Shown here: piece by piece, positions 1 through 17,500 of the stretch
Layout: each line of letters opens with the position of its first letter
Numbering within the stretch: the first letter of the stretch is position 1
Origin: Bigelowiella natans CCMP2755
Taxonomy: Eukaryota; Protista; Cercozoa
Length of the DNA: 64,000 bases
Reading direction: 5' to 3'
Assembly (NCBI GenBank): GCA_000320545.1
Contig: ADNK01000149.1
Coordinates: forward strand, 124,001 to 188,000
Notes under the pieces: generated by a model
What the model was told of the DNA's origin: nothing
What the model saw: the letters and a program-made list of their open reading frames with translations, nothing else
The model's database searches: none
Program-made: the position numbers and the translations under genes

Positions 1-1990
1 CTGCTCCGTGGCCTTCTTTACAGCATTGTGCTCCTGGTAGAACAGCTTTTGGAAAGGAACAAGCTTCACTGCTGACCAATCGATGTCAACAAGTCCGCTT
101 CCTAGCGAGGAAGATCCTGCTGAGTCTATTGCCATTAGAATAGTAAGTAGAGAATGAGGGGGGTAAGAAGATAAAGAAGAGAAAAGCAAGAACGACTATG
201 TGAGGTGATTCACTTCGTTAGATTTATGCGACAGAGAGAAAGCAACGTGGATGTGATCTAGAAGAACCAACAGCAGCAGATATATCATCGAAGTGACATC
301 ATCACATTGTCGAGTTTTATCACATTGTTGAGTGTAAGTTGGTTGACGCCTTTGCTTCGTCTCGGCTTCGGCCTCTTCCCTTGGCATCGGTCCAATGACG
401 CCGTCAGATGATGGTAGGGGGGGAGGGGGAGGTGGGCCTTTCGTTTGAATTATCTTGACCTCTCCGTCACTTTTCCTGATACGTGTTTGTGTACAGTGTG
501 TGTGTCAGCGTCTGTGTGGTGTGTGCATGTGGATGCAGGTTTCAGATATAACAGGAAGATAAGTGGCAATAAGCGGAATTCACTCCTCCTCCTCCTCATT
601 CCCGTCGTCGTCTCTCTCTCTCTCTCTCTTCTCTTTATTTGCCCTCGTTTCCTTTTCCGAGAATGAAAGATGACCAGCTGTCAGTCTGGCAATCCCAGTA
701 CATCCAAACAGCTTTCACCTGAACGTGGAGAAGGAATTCAAACGACGAAGGAGGAGAAACTCAAACACACACACACACACACACACACAAACAAAGACTC
801 AAAGTGGAGAGAGGGACCAGAGTTGGGTTAGGAGCCAGGTCTTCCGCATACAGCCAGCCTAAATAATAGATGACATAAGATGCATGCAAAGAGAAAACGA
901 AATTTTAGACAAGGATCTCCGGTAATAAGGGTTGTTCCAAGGGAAAAAATGGCACAAACAACAAATGCAGAACGTACCAATCTCTTCATTCAATGGTTAG
1001 GTTTTCGATAGAGAAGAAAGAGGAGAGAGGAGAGAAAGAGGGGAGAAAGGGAGGGGGTAGAAAAAGAGGGACTCTATCGTCTAGTAAGCACCTTCGCCAC
1101 TATTAGGGTCCAGGCCTACGATCCACTGGCCCTTTTCCTCATGAAAGTACAGATAGAATTCACCGTCTCCTTCCATAGTCGCAACCTGTGTGGATATCAC
1201 AGTACTCTTAGATAGAAATCGTAAGGAGCAAGCGTTTCGTAAGTTGAGCATCGACGACGACGTACTGGCAAGAAGAATCAACATTTCAGTGGTGGTGGAG
1301 GATGGATGAAAGGTCTTCTCGTTTTGAGCTGGGTTCTTTATACCTTCCCTCCTTGGTCGATGTACGTTCCGATGAAAGGAGCTCCGTCGAACACATCCTC
1401 ACGGCCCTTATCAAAGCAAAATGTCGAGACTCATGACATGGAGGAGGAGGAGGAGGTGGAGGAGGAGGATGTTCGTGACCGATAGTCACGGTAGGGAGCA
1501 GGGGAAAATACGATTCGAATGACAACTATGGAACATGTGCCACGTATCTAGTTCGTAGCAAATGTAACGAGCGGCCTTAATGTATCTGCCTGCGGCCGCA
1601 TCATCATGATGACCCCAGACCCAAATGCTTTTTGCTATAGCGCTCATTGACATGTGCCATCGGGATTACTGTATGCTTTGCATAAAATATTCACCCGACG
1701 GGGTGTTATACAAACGAACCAAGATCTTGTAGTGGGTCCCTATTTGCCCTTCGCTCATGCGAAACTACTCCCCTGGGCGAATCTCGGGTGCAAACCGTCT
1801 AAGATAAAGAGGGAGGTAGATTTAGACGCGGACTGGACTCCGTCGCCGGAGATAGCCACACATGGATGATATTTCTCCATACTGATCCATACATGTACAT
1901 GCGTCCGTAAAGATTAAACACGTGCACTGCTCAATGCGGGTGGTGGTGGCACGGTTTAGTGTGCACGCGCATCCGCACAAGAGCGACCTC
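1..1990 (-). CDS. 5' part of a multi-exon DEAD-box RNA helicase (DBP2/DDX5/p68-like) with a long N-terminal extension; continues off the left edge
   Basis: Exon ~125..1 reads SAGSSSLGSGLVDIDWSAVKLVPFQKLFYQEHNAVKKATEQ, matching the pre-Q-motif segment (GLxxIDWxxxxLxPFxKxFYxEH) of DBP2/DDX5-type helicases. Upstream exons splice in frame (GTYIDQGGK|VATMEGDGEFYLYFHEEKGQWIVGLDPNSGE|GWLYAEDLAPNPTL|VKAVWMYWDCQTDSW|KSDGEVKII...). Start codon not resolved; helicase core lies outside the window. Confidence 0.7.
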
Positions 1991-2536
1991 TTGGGAAAAT
2001 GATTGCCGAATCACTATAATCCAACTGGGAGTAAATTCATGCGATATATATCTAACATAGAGGAACTTTGGGAATGAACGTACTAGGCCGATTATTACAA
2101 AGAGTTACGCCCCTTCTAAGAAGAAAGACTCGGAGAAACAACTGGCGAAAAGAAGTCCAGCTCGTGATGTCTGACTCACAGATTTTATAATTTCGTTTTC
2201 ATATTGCGACAGCCTGATGTTACCGAATTTGTCCAAAAAACCCGTTTCTAAAGGAATTCACGGAATCCAGCCTTCAACCGGCAGGTGGAGGGAAAAAAGG
2301 CAACCGGGATTCTCCGGAAAAATACAGATTTCTGTATATTTTTCTTCAGCGTCTTCTATAAAGACCAAAAAAATGGGTAAATAAACGGCGTTCAGGGATT
2401 AGTTATTTCTGTCAATTTTTGCCCAATGACGAAATCTGGAAGAATCCACTACGAAGTACGACTATCAGAGAGGAGGAGAGCGAGATTCGAAGTTAACGGA
2501 CAGCAGGAGAGAAGTCAGGCGTAGCGGCTACCTCCA

Positions 2537-5692
<3,156 letters not shown>

Positions 5693-6033
5693 AGGATGAT
5701 GTGAGTTGGAATGTATGACGAAGATTGACGGTGAAATGAATGAACACATGTACAACGCCGAACATCGCGGTCGCTTGGTATCGCATGTTATATTATCTCT
5801 AGATGTATGGTACACTCGTTTTCCGAATTGCCGCTACAAATTTGCGCCATGGCTTCATCGAGCTATGCTATCGCCCGCTCTAGAAAGACTTCCTTTTAGC
5901 ATCCTTGCGATGTCCAGCTAGCTAAATATTTCTACAATACAAGCCTGCATATAGACCCGTCATGATGCTTGTGGTAGCTTATTATTTCGGAGTGTTCAGA
6001 TGCTATAATCTAGCTAATCTCTAGCATCGCAAC

Positions 6034-6136
6034 ATGAGACGGAGCTGTCTAGATGCAATGGAGTAACCTTGAATCTTGAGATATTGCACAACTCACACAG
6101 CTAGCTAGCTAGCTAGACAGCAATGAAGCGGCTACA
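6034..6136 (-). repeat. Degenerate copy of the ~80-bp intergenic hairpin repeat, reverse orientation
   Basis: Begins ATGAGACGGA..GATGCAATG and ends AGCGGCTACA, the reverse complements of both ends of the 43596-43672 copy. Carries CTAG-rich insertions. A partial + copy TGTGGCCGCTGCTTT is at 6384-6398. Confidence 0.65.
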
Positions 6137-6842
6137 TGCTAGCGTGCAGTTTTCGTGTGCAATTGCACAGTTCGTTGCACGTCGCACAGCCACATCTAGA
6201 CATCGCAACGACATCGCATCTGCAGATCAGTACGCTAGCACGGCTAGACGGCACACCAAGGCAGCAAGCGCAAATGACGATCATGGCGCATGCTAGCTAG
6301 CTAGATGGAGGCGGACATGATGACGACTTTCGTATCCAGCACACATGCACAGAACGTACACAAGTGAGCCTGTGGACATTGTATGTGGCCGCTGCTTTAT
6401 TGCGTGCATTGCTAGATTGACATTGCACACATTGCAGCTTGCCGCAAAAAGCACGACGCCGTTGAAAAACTGAGTGAAACTAGTCAGTATTTTGCACAAC
6501 GGAGCCACCGCTAGCACTGGTACGTAGCTGGGTGACACATCCAATGTCTGTCCATCCTTCCGGTGCATATCTAGCACTTATGTGCTAGTTGCAGTAAAAT
6601 TATGTGCACTGCATGCTGGCATGCCATGCTCATCCGTGACAAACCAAGCAAAATGTATCCTTAGCGTCGTTAATGTTGCTAATTTATACATAGACTTGTC
6701 TTATATTGGTCGGTTGTATCTAGAATTAAGCTAGAAATGGTCGAGCTTCATTATATCATACAATAATGCTGAACGTAGTCGCATCAAGGAAAAAAGTTTA
6801 TTTTCATCATTGACAAGGAGTAAGTGCATTTACACTTGCTTG

Positions 6843-8976
6843 TTAGGAGCAATGCTGCACAAGCTCGAACCACTGTTTAAGAGTGTCAGCAACTATCTCC
6901 GGGAGCTGGCTTAGATCGCGCATGATTATGTAAAATGGAAACGGAAAATCCTCTAGATATTGTACGATCTTGAGCTTGCCGTTCGGATATGTCACCGACC
7001 TCAGCTTGAGTATGGAATGCTTCGGATCTGGGCTATCAACAACCAACAAGACCAGGAGCTGCCCGCGGTGAAGAGCCTCACGACACCAGCGCGCGACCTT
7101 ATCGCGATCCTGCTGCATCCTGGCATCCGAAATAATGAACACGAGTTGGAGCACCTGCTGTCCCGAGCTTGTGCGTGAGCGCACAGACTTTGAATTCCTC
7201 GCGTCGGCCAGCATTTGAATGACGCTCTTGATTAGTTTCGCCCACTCCGTCGTCTTCTGCTCGAAGCTGAACTCGGAGAGCGCCTTTTCACCAGAGGTGT
7301 GGGAGAATGGCTGGCCGAAAGGGTGGATCAGATTGACCCGATCTCCAAAAGACAGCACCGAGATGTCCCCAACTTCCAGCAGATTTAGGGCCTGTGTAAG
7401 TGTGGCTAACGCCTCCAGAGCCAGCGTCCCAGCGGAATTAACCATCATGCTTTCACTGTCATCAATCGCAATCATGACCTGGTAGTCTCTCTTGTCTGGC
7501 TTCGTTCGGCGCATCCATATCTTATCCTTCCGAAACTGGCTGGCAATGTACGGGATTACCTTCTTGATGTTGATGCGCTTACCAGCTTTATAATCACCTT
7601 TTAGACGCGTTGCCGAGATGGGCTCTAGGATCGCCCGTAGCTGCTCGCACAGCCGTCTGCTTAGCCCCCCAGTAAGAATTGTGAGCTTTTCCCACTGTTC
7701 ACCCCACTTTGCATCGTCTAAATTACTGTTTGCCATCTCCTTCCGCATGGCCGAGTCAAGCTCTTGGCGAATTCGGGAAGCCTCTTCTTCGGTGATTTCC
7801 ACCTGCTTATCTTCTTCCTCTTCACCTCCACCCATGACGTGTTTCTCAGCCACTTCTCCGATAAGGTACTGCGGCATCTCTGCATCCTTATCATCAAGCT
7901 TCTGCTCAAGGAGTTGGTCGTTATTGTTTTCGTCATCGTCCTTATCCAGCTTCAGATCGTCATCGTCCTCGTCCATATTTTCCTCCCTTTCATTTTGCAC
8001 ATCTCGCTTCCGTCTCAAGGATCCTCGGCGCGTGTTGTCGCTGCTCTGCTTATTCTGGTCATCATCATCATCATCTTGCTGCTCATTTTGACCGCCGTGC
8101 GGCTTGTCCTCACCTGTTTCGGTTTGGTCCACATCAAGCTGTTGCTCATCCTCTTCGTTGCTGTCGTCTTGCTCCTTCTCGTGCAAGTTCGATTCGTCAA
8201 CATCTTGATCGTCAGCTGCGGCTGCCACCTGTGCATCAGCCTTCTCATCTTCTTTCACGTGCTGGAACTCGCCCTGGGGATGCTCATCATCGCCGTCCTT
8301 CCCCCCTTCACCATCATCATCGTCATCATCGTTATTGTCGCTGTCATGTACGACATGATCCTCTGACTCTTCCTCCCCCACCATCTTCAGCTTTTCGTGC
8401 CACTTCTTCAGTGCATCTCCAAGGCTTCTGTAGGGGTTCGGCTCCTTAAGTAACTGATTGAGCGCTTGCTGCGCTTCCTGCCCCTGGCCATCCTCCTCCT
8501 GCGGCTGCTCATCCTGCGGTTTGGGTGCGGAGTGCTGCAGCTTTCCCTCATTTGTGTCGGATTGCTAAGAAAGTACGATTTTATTGTGATCATGAACGGC
8601 GATACATCGTGAAAAGTTGGGAAGTTAAAGATGAAAAAATGGAGGAAAGCTTGAATCGTAGCGAAAATAGCTAATGGCTATTCCTGAAAAGACGTCGTAG
8701 GACAAAATCCATTACAGTGCTATTACTACTGCTGCAGTATTATTTTAAACAGTGACGCCTCACGATGAACAACCCTACCATGAGCTGCTCAGCCTGATCT
8801 TGCCCTGCATCAAGCCCATCGCTCTCCCCCTTTGGATCCGAACTCGCAGCATTCGGCTGATTGGCCTTTTCCTCCTCTTTTTCCTCCTCGAGACCGTTGC
8901 TGCCTTGGTTTCCAATGTCGCCTGCGGAGAAGGAAATGATAACATTGTTTTCCTAGTGGCCGTCATCACAACGCCC

Positions 8977-9021
<45 letters not shown>

Positions 9022-12000
9022 TGCTTCCTTCTTCTCCTCCTCCTCTTCCCATTCTCTCTCAAGCTCTCGCCAAAAATTCATTCGCATGCGATTCACCTTG
9101 GACCTCCTCCTGAGCTTGAGGTTCATCATCTTGAGTATCTATTTTGCTCACGCCGTCTTCATTCTCCTTCCCTTCCTCCTCTTCCTCCTCATTTTGCTGT
9201 TCGTCGTCGGGTTCGGCCTCCAGGTTGTCTTTGCCTTGATTCTCTGTCCCATCTTCCTCCTGTTGTTGATGGTTCTCCGGATCCTTCTCCTCTCCACCAG
9301 CATCGGTATCATCCTTATCGAGTTGAATGCCTTCCTCCTCATCCGCATCTTGATTATCTTCGTTCTCTTCTTTGCTTTCCTCCTCCTCCTCATTGTTCAG
9401 CTCTTGGCCCGTATTCACGTCGATGTTATCAAGGTCGTCTGGTCCTTCATTCCCTTCTTCTTCCCCTCCATCGTCTTCATCTCCCTGTTCCTCCTCCTCC
9501 TCTCCTTCTTCATCAAGTTTGAGTTCCTCCGGAAACTCCATAGGATTGATTCCTGTCGGCAAAAGCGAGAGGGGTGCTCAGGTTACTATATTGAGGTATT
9601 GTTGAGTGTTCAACGTCGTCCAAAAACAATAATTCTTCTTACTACCTGTATTTTCCTGATATTGCTCATCGCCATCCCTAATGGGGTTTTCATCATTTTC
9701 GTCGTCCTCATTCTCCTTCTCCTCGTTCATTTCCGGCATCTTCTCATCCTCCTCCTGCTGCTGCTGTTCCTTCTGATCTTCGGGTTTCCGTTCCTCTTTG
9801 CCTTCCTCCTCGGCGCCGTCGTCCTTGGCGGCTTGCTCGATGTTGTCTCCGCCTGTGGAATGATGGGGAATTCATTGTTTTTAGGATGAAAACTAGGCGA
9901 GAACACACGATATAGTACAGAATAACAACATCCACAGAAGGAAAAAATGATTAGTTTCTTCTCCGCGAAGGGCCTCGAGGTGTGCTTGAAGATAATACCA
10001 TGCTTGCTACTATTCAGGAGGAGGAACATATAGAGACAGATGAAGAGGGGAGGGGGATGTACCTTGCACAGGAGCATCCTTCTCTATCTTATCGTCCTCT
10101 TTTTCTTTTTGGTTTTCGTCATCGTCGTCCTCGCTTGAATCACCATCCCATAGCTTCTCATCTATTGCGTTCTGTAAGATGATATACCACACATGCGTGT
10201 CACAATCGACGCAACCGAGGACGTACAAGGGGTAGCGAATATCACATATACAGTTACACACACACACAGACATACTGACACACACACACACACACACACA
10301 AAGGTGATACATGTAACCCAGATTCCTACGTCCTACCTCTCATCATCTAAAAAAATTTAAAAATGACGACGATCGAAATCATCAACCTTATCCTCCCCCA
10401 AGTCCCCCATCTCCCTATCAAGCTCCTCCTCTTCCTCCCCGTCGTCGTTCTCTTCGTTGTCGTCGTTGTCGTCATCCTCGGGGAGGTCGTGCATGTCGCC
10501 CTCAAACTCCTGCTCCATCTCAAGCCCTTCGTCCTCCTTCACATCCTCGTCCTTATTGGCGCTCTGTTCCTCCTGCTGCCCAAGCTCGTTGTTGTCACCG
10601 GAGTTTCCGAGCAACTGCTCTTCGTCCATGATCTCGTTGGACACATCCTTCGCACCGGAGGTGTCGCCCTCTCCCATGCCTGTGCCGTCTGCCGCAGCGT
10701 CGTCATCGTCGTCACCTTCGTCGTCCCCCTCGGCCTCATCGGGGGGTCGGCAAAACCCACGGGCGAACAGCGCATTGCACAGTTTTAGCATTACGTAGCA
10801 CAGCTTGCTCAACGGCGCGTGCAGAGAGAGCAGCAGCTCCACCACCTTCTGTACCTGGGAGAGCAGCTGTGATAAGAGCTGCTGGATGACGAAGATACCG
10901 CTGCTTGTGGTAGTAGCAACGCCAGTTGGACAATTCTGCAAGGCTTTTGTGATCTTCTCGATTCGAAGAGCCTGGATGACCCCCCTAAGATGTCGCTGCC
11001 CTTCTTCCAGTGTCTGTTCCGTACTAGCCACCGTGGTGCCACCAACGAGAGAAGAGGGAAGAGGTAATGCGTCGTCGTCGTCGTCGTCGTCACCCTGTTT
11101 CAGGCTCTGAATTTCCGCGACCCAGTTACCATTCGAATCTTCATCTGCGCCATGTTTGGTTGCGGTAGCCTTTGCTGTTGCTTCCGCGTGTGCCTTCATG
11201 TATCCCGTGCAGAGCTTGTAGACATTCTGGGTCGCAAGCTTCAGTTCTCGAATCAAAACAGACTCTGCTACCTCGGAGATGTCGTCATCAACAGCACCGC
11301 CATCGCCAGCTCTTTTCAGGCTCATAGCAAGGCTATCATCACTAAATCTATTCCTTTTGATTCCTTGGTACATCGCGCCCGTGCGCTTTCTGATCTGCTG
11401 CAGTCCAAGAGACATTCGGGAAATATCTGTAAAGGATCGGCTCATAACGAGGTCGTGGAGGCTTTTCCACAACTTTGCGCAGGAAGAAGTCGGGGTGTTA
11501 TTCAATGAGGAGGAGGACGATAGCTCCAGGGTTGTCGTCACATGGTCTCGTATCGATCGCAGGTCTGCGATCATACTGTCGAGCAACGATGATGCTGATG
11601 CTGATGATGATCCTGCCTCACTGGGAAGTTGTTTCAGGACGAGACCGTGCGTTGTAACGCTGTACACGATATCGTCAATGTGAGACTGAAGGGACCGAAG
11701 AAGAAAACCCTCTGACGACTCCGACCCGCCATTGACAATTGTTCCGTCTTGTGGTAGCTCATCGTTCTCCTGTTCCTCCTCCTCCTCTCTCTCTCTTGCC
11801 TCTGCTACTGCACACACGTCCATCGCCTCTTCCTTCCCCTCCTTTGCATCTGATCGGTGGTGGATATCAATCGCCGCAAGTGCGTTAGAAAGGGAGGCAA
11901 AAAGCTTGCCGAGTTTGGCCAGGTCGAGGCGTTGGCAAGTGAGTGTCGCGAAGAGGTGCTCCGAGTAGCCCGAGGCTCGGCTCGCTTCCGACGGGCTAAT

Positions 12001-14554
12001 ATCGGAGTGGCACGTCGTTCTCCTTACACGCAGTTTGAGGAGAAGGTTTGCGCATCGATAGAAGTACTTCTCACTGTATCGACATCCGCCTTGGAAGCCA
12101 TCCTCAAATCCTGGACAGTAGCTGATGATGCTCTTCTTGCATCCAAATGTGCCATCGATGAACACTGCGTCCAGGGGCGGTATGCGGGAGATTCGCATAA
12201 GATCCCCTGCCCATTTCCCCAGCTTTCGTAGATCCGAGAGCCTGTGCGAGACGCCCAAGTCGCGCATGATGCGGAGGAGGTCAACCAGGCCCTTCTTTTT
12301 GTGGTGAATCTTCTTGTGATGGGACAGAGAGAGGGCGAGGGAACGCTCAATGATTCCACCGCTGATTTCTTGGAGGCCCTCCGAAAACTGAGCATGCAGC
12401 CTCGTGTATGTCTGGCTGAAAATTCCCTTTCGAAGGAGCGATCGCACGCGCTTCACAAGCTGATCTTGCCTTTGTTGTCCTGGCTGTTGCTCCTGCTTAT
12501 CCTTTACCTGGGAGGCAAACGTGAAGGATGAGAGAGGAAGCTGTAGCCCGTCAGCAGGGAACCCGATGTGGAGAGAGTAGCTGCGCAACTTCTCTTGTTT
12601 GGTTGCTCGGGTTCTTTTGCCTTTTGATTTCTTCTTTGCTTCTCCGCCAGACGCTGGTTGTTTGTTGTCAATCTTTGCATCCTCCGGCATCTTCTTCTTC
12701 TTCCCGCCTCGAACTACACGCTTCTTCTTTTCGCCTTTGAGCTGATTCTGCTCTTGCTCCTCAAGTTCCTTGTCCCTCTTCGCTCTTCTTTCCTTCACCA
12801 GCTCCTCGATCTCTCGTTTCAGCTGAGAGATATCGATGATGCCATATTCGAGACTATCGTCGTCCTGCTTAGCGTCGGCCTCCTCAATCTGCAGGCGGAT
12901 AATGCTGACAGAAGGGGCGAGCAGGTCCGTATACTGCGTGGAAATTGTGCAGAGCTTCCTGTGGGAGGCCCTTGTTGATGCCCGCAGCGCCCAATAGTTG
13001 GACATATCCCACTTAGCCAGCTTGACTGCATCTTTGAGCTTAGATTCTAACGCTTTTCGGTCCCTAGAGATCCTGCTCATTGCTGCCTCCCTTAACTCCC
13101 TGCTCAGGTAGGCAACATTGCCTAGAATGTTTGCCATTTGCCGTCTGACCTCTTTGGGCAGCTGCAGTTTCCTCCCACCTTCATCTGTTATCTTGTTCGT
13201 GGTAATAGAAGCCTCAGAGTGTTTGGTAGCGATGATTTCATCTCTGAGACTGCCTAGAATCTGCAAGCGCGTATCTAGCTCGCCCAACGAACAACGCTGC
13301 ACAAACTCCGTCGCTGCCAAGTACAGCTCGGCAAGGAATGCATCGGTTGGCGACGTTGCTTTCACGTCCTCCTGGCCTTTCTTCTTCTTTTTCTGTTGCA
13401 GATCCTTTTTCTTCTTGTCTTTTCGCTCAAAGGTTTTGAGCTCATTCTGGTCGATGTGCAAGATCTCATAGAGCTGGCACCACGCCTCGGTTGCCTTCTT
13501 GGAGTAGTCGCGCTCGACACGTGTGAGCGCCTCGGACCAGGTCTCAAGCTCCATCCGCCTCCAACGCATCACCAGGTTTGATATGCCTTGCAGATGGCCC
13601 TCCAAGCTACAGCGGGACGGCACATAGGCCTGCCACTCCTGTGATTTCTTGAGGATCAGCTCGAGACCAGTGAGTACTTCGATCAAAGGGGAGGCAGACG
13701 TGAGCGACCCCACCCTGTCCGCAATACGAGCCAGCATAACTAGCATGGGATGATCCTCAAACTCTTTCAGGAGGTCAGCCAGCCTCTTCATGTAAATCTT
13801 TAGAGGCTTCTCTACCCTACCGATCTCAACAGCCGAGTAATGGCTCCCGCTCTCATACAGTTCAATTGGCCCGTGTTGCAGCTGCTGCTTCGCTCCTCTT
13901 GTTCTTTTGCTATTTTTCCTCCGCTTTTTTACATCAGCACCTTTCCGTTCAACTTCCAGCCGGTCAGCCCCTCCTCCTCCTCCTCCCTCCTCCTCTTCCT
14001 CCTCTGCGGGCATGGGCAACTTGCTTAAGGTGGTTTTGGCCAAGGAGGTCATGAGAAGATGCGAGCTGGTGGATATCGAGTCGAAGGTTCTTGTGATCTG
14101 CTCCGCCACACCAAGGCTCTTCAGATCCTGAATCAGCTCATACGCGACAAGGTAGCCAGCCTCAAACGCCTGCAGGACATTCTTCTCCTTCATCCTTGGG
14201 AGGGCCGCAGTAGTTGTAGGAGTAGCTTTTTGCTTGCTACCGTAGACGCGTTCGAAGCACGCAAACACGTGTGGAATCATGGCCATGTCCATCTTGAAGC
14301 TCTCCTCCCACGCCTCATGATCTGAATTCAGGTCATCTTTCTGCTTATCGTTGCCCTTCGGATTTGCAGCGATAGGAGCCTCCCCGACAGGGCCTTTGTC
14401 ATCCTTCAGCATGTCCTCCAGACTGATATATCGATCAACCATAGCAAGTAAGTAACTAGCAGAATTCGTTTTGGAGAAGTGAAAGTCAAGAATATATCGA
14501 CAGAACGAACATCCATCATTATAACTCTACACTGCGGTTCGCGAGGGGGGAAAA

Positions 14555-14594
<40 letters not shown>

Positions 14595-17500
14595 TAACAA
14601 GAGATCAGCTCAATTATTAGTCACACTGCGCGTCTTCACCGCTCCTTTTCCTCCCCCTCATTCTATTATTATTTTTATTGTTATTATTCACCTTTCCCCT
14701 TTGGTGAGATCCTGGTATGTTTGATGGAACTGCGGATAAAATTTGTCCATGTCCTCATTTATCTTAACCTCACCGTCTTTCGTATTGCCCTCGAACACGT
14801 GCTCCTTGAAGCTATACAGCTCACTTTTCTTGCGCTCTCGCTCAGCATGCTCCTCTCTTGCCCGCCTCCAAGACGCAACGAATCTTGAGAAGATCTCTGC
14901 CAATACATCGGCCATTTTGGGCGATATGTTGCCGTCGCAGCAGTGGATAAACACTTCGCACTGTAGAAGGGCTGCATAAAGAACCCGAATCTCGATTGAA
15001 CTTCCTCTACTGCTTGCTGTCTTCGTCGTGTCTGTTGCACCACGGTCGCCCCTGTTGCTATGATCCTTGCGCTTCTTTCGAGCCTTCTCCGTCAGCTCTC
15101 TCAGGTTCGAGAGCAGGGAAGGAGATATAAGAGCACGAATTGCATCAAGAATGGGCATTGCGCTCGGCAAGACCATGAATGTATTAAGTGCCGCTGTCAC
15201 ACACGGTAGATGCTGGGAAAGGACTCTGTCCTCCGCACTCATCATGACCCTATTCAGCCCTATTTGCATCCATTCTATCGCAGCGCGCATCGGTGTGATG
15301 ATATCGGGATATCCCTCGCCGTACCGCCGTTGCAGGCCTAGTGATAGCTGTCGCAGCGAGGAGATGCACGTTCGGAGCCCCTCGATTCGAACCGATTTGC
15401 GATCGTGTGGTACAACGTTCTGGAACCTGCTGACGCTAAAGACGCTCTGAAGAGAGTTGCGAAGCTCTCTGTGAAGCTGCGTGAATGCAGGGGTTTCAGG
15501 CCTCCTAACTAATGCCAGACTTTCGAAGACATGTGACTTCCCGAGCAGCCGGGCCTCTTCTCTCTCCCTCCACAAATCATCGCCATTGCTGAGCTCATGA
15601 CCGTAGGCAACGCTTTCGCTCCTATCGCTGCTGGCATTGAAACTAACACTACTAGCGGCATTCGACATATGGTTTGAATGTAATTCTGAGTCGAGCTCCA
15701 CCGCACTCATCTCCACCCGGCAGTCGTCGAGCGAGCGCTCCACATCCTGGAGCCTGGTGTGGTATTTCACCGCCGGGTCGATGGCCCGGTTCGGCACAAG
15801 GAAATGCGCCATCATCAGCCCAACGCTGATCCAAACCTTCCCCAATATGAACGTGGCATCCGGATTTGACGCTGCTGCGAGCTCTCGATAAAGGTACTTT
15901 CGCTCCCTTGCGAGAAGGATAAGCTCGAGGGTAGGGGCCACCAGATCGGACACGACACGTTCAAGGCGCTTGTCATTACTGCAGCACTTCTTGAGCTTTT
16001 TGATGAAGCGATCAGTCGATTCTGGAGTAACCGCCGAGGTAGCAAGCTTTTCAGGAAAACGGGCGACGGGGACGCCTCCGCTATTTCCCTCCTCGAATGT
16101 AACAAGTGACAAGATGCACATAAGGTAATTCTGGTTGGAGTCTTCGTCCTTCTCCTCCTCCTCCTCCTTTTCTTTAGAGTGCTGATCGCAGAAGCATGCA
16201 AGGATGGAAACAAGGCAGCTGACTGCTCCTTGCCACAACTCGAATTGCTTGTTATGCTCACTGGACTCGACACCCTTCTTCATCTCAGCCACCAGTATCT
16301 GCGTAAACACCTTCACTTGGTGGGAGTGTAGGCGGCGCTTGCTTATGGGGGAATTCAAGAACGACGTAACAAACGCTGCGATGCGGTCTAGCAAGATCTC
16401 TTGATCCTGGTTGATGTTCGACCACAGCGACGTGAGCAATGGCAGCGAATTCAAAGATAAATGATGAGATGGAGAAGCTGCAGAAGTGCTCTCTGCATTC
16501 GTCGAGCCGCTCGTTGCCTGCTGGACCAATACCTGATATGGAGCAAGAGAAGAGGGTTTCCTGTTCGTGTGCTGTAGCATCTCTTGCACAATACTCTTGA
16601 CTTCAACTAGAAGCGGTAGTCGCTTTTTCTCTCTTTTATCTGATGACTCGCAGAAAACCACCGACAGCCGGCTCAGTAACTTCAGCTCCTTCCGAGATAT
16701 GAGGAGCTCGTTGATTCTCACAATTTGCTGCATCGCAATGAGCCGCAAGTGTCTGTTGTCCTTTGCATCATCCCCCTCGCCGAAGCTAAGTAGATCTAAG
16801 CGTAGCTTTAGTGTTCTGTCCTGTTTGGTTTCACTGTCGTTGTCGTCGTCGTTCCCATCGATTTCCATTCGCTCACCGCCATCGTCATCATCATCGTCAT
16901 CATCGTCTGGCTTAAGCTTCAGAATCAAAGTCTCCCGCTGCTCTAATTCTTTCGCCTTTGCGACCTGAGCATCCACGGTGGTGCGCAGCTTCTCGAAAGC
17001 CTCCCTGATGAATGCAGATATTCTCCGACTATCATCACCTTCATCGCCGTCGCTGATATTGGCCTTCACGTCAAACTTTGACTCCGGGCAGCTCTCTAGG
17101 TATCTCAGTGAGCAAAAGCTGTCGATCATGCTCTGCTTCCAGCCCCCTCCCATGCTCGAGAGCACACTGACCTCTGGACCAACAAATGTGGATTCAGCTA
17201 CGTTCTCCAGACTCTTAAGGGAGGAATAGAGCTCCTGTGCGTCTACTCTCTTGGACACGTACGGAACATGATGCCGCCACACCCTGTCGTTCTCTTCAGA
17301 TGACAGCACCAGATCTCCCCGATCGAATTGAGGCGGCCTATTACCTTGGCCAGCGAGGCCGTTGAAGTTGCTGCCCATACGAGTCGAGAGGGCCTCAGCA
17401 TCTTCGAAGTGCCAGCTTTCCGACGCCTTCTCTAGGAAGTGACGCGATTTTTTAGCATGTTCACATGCCTCAGCAAACATAGCATTCGCGCTTTCAGCTG

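Noticed and set aside
1585-1680. Possible GC-AG intron donors in the helicase leader exons
   Set aside because: Exon boundaries here are ambiguous without transcripts.
2322-2337. Inverted repeat ATACAGA-TT-TCTGTAT in the first divergent spacer
   Set aside because: Single 7-bp stem not seen in the other promoters; consistent with chance.
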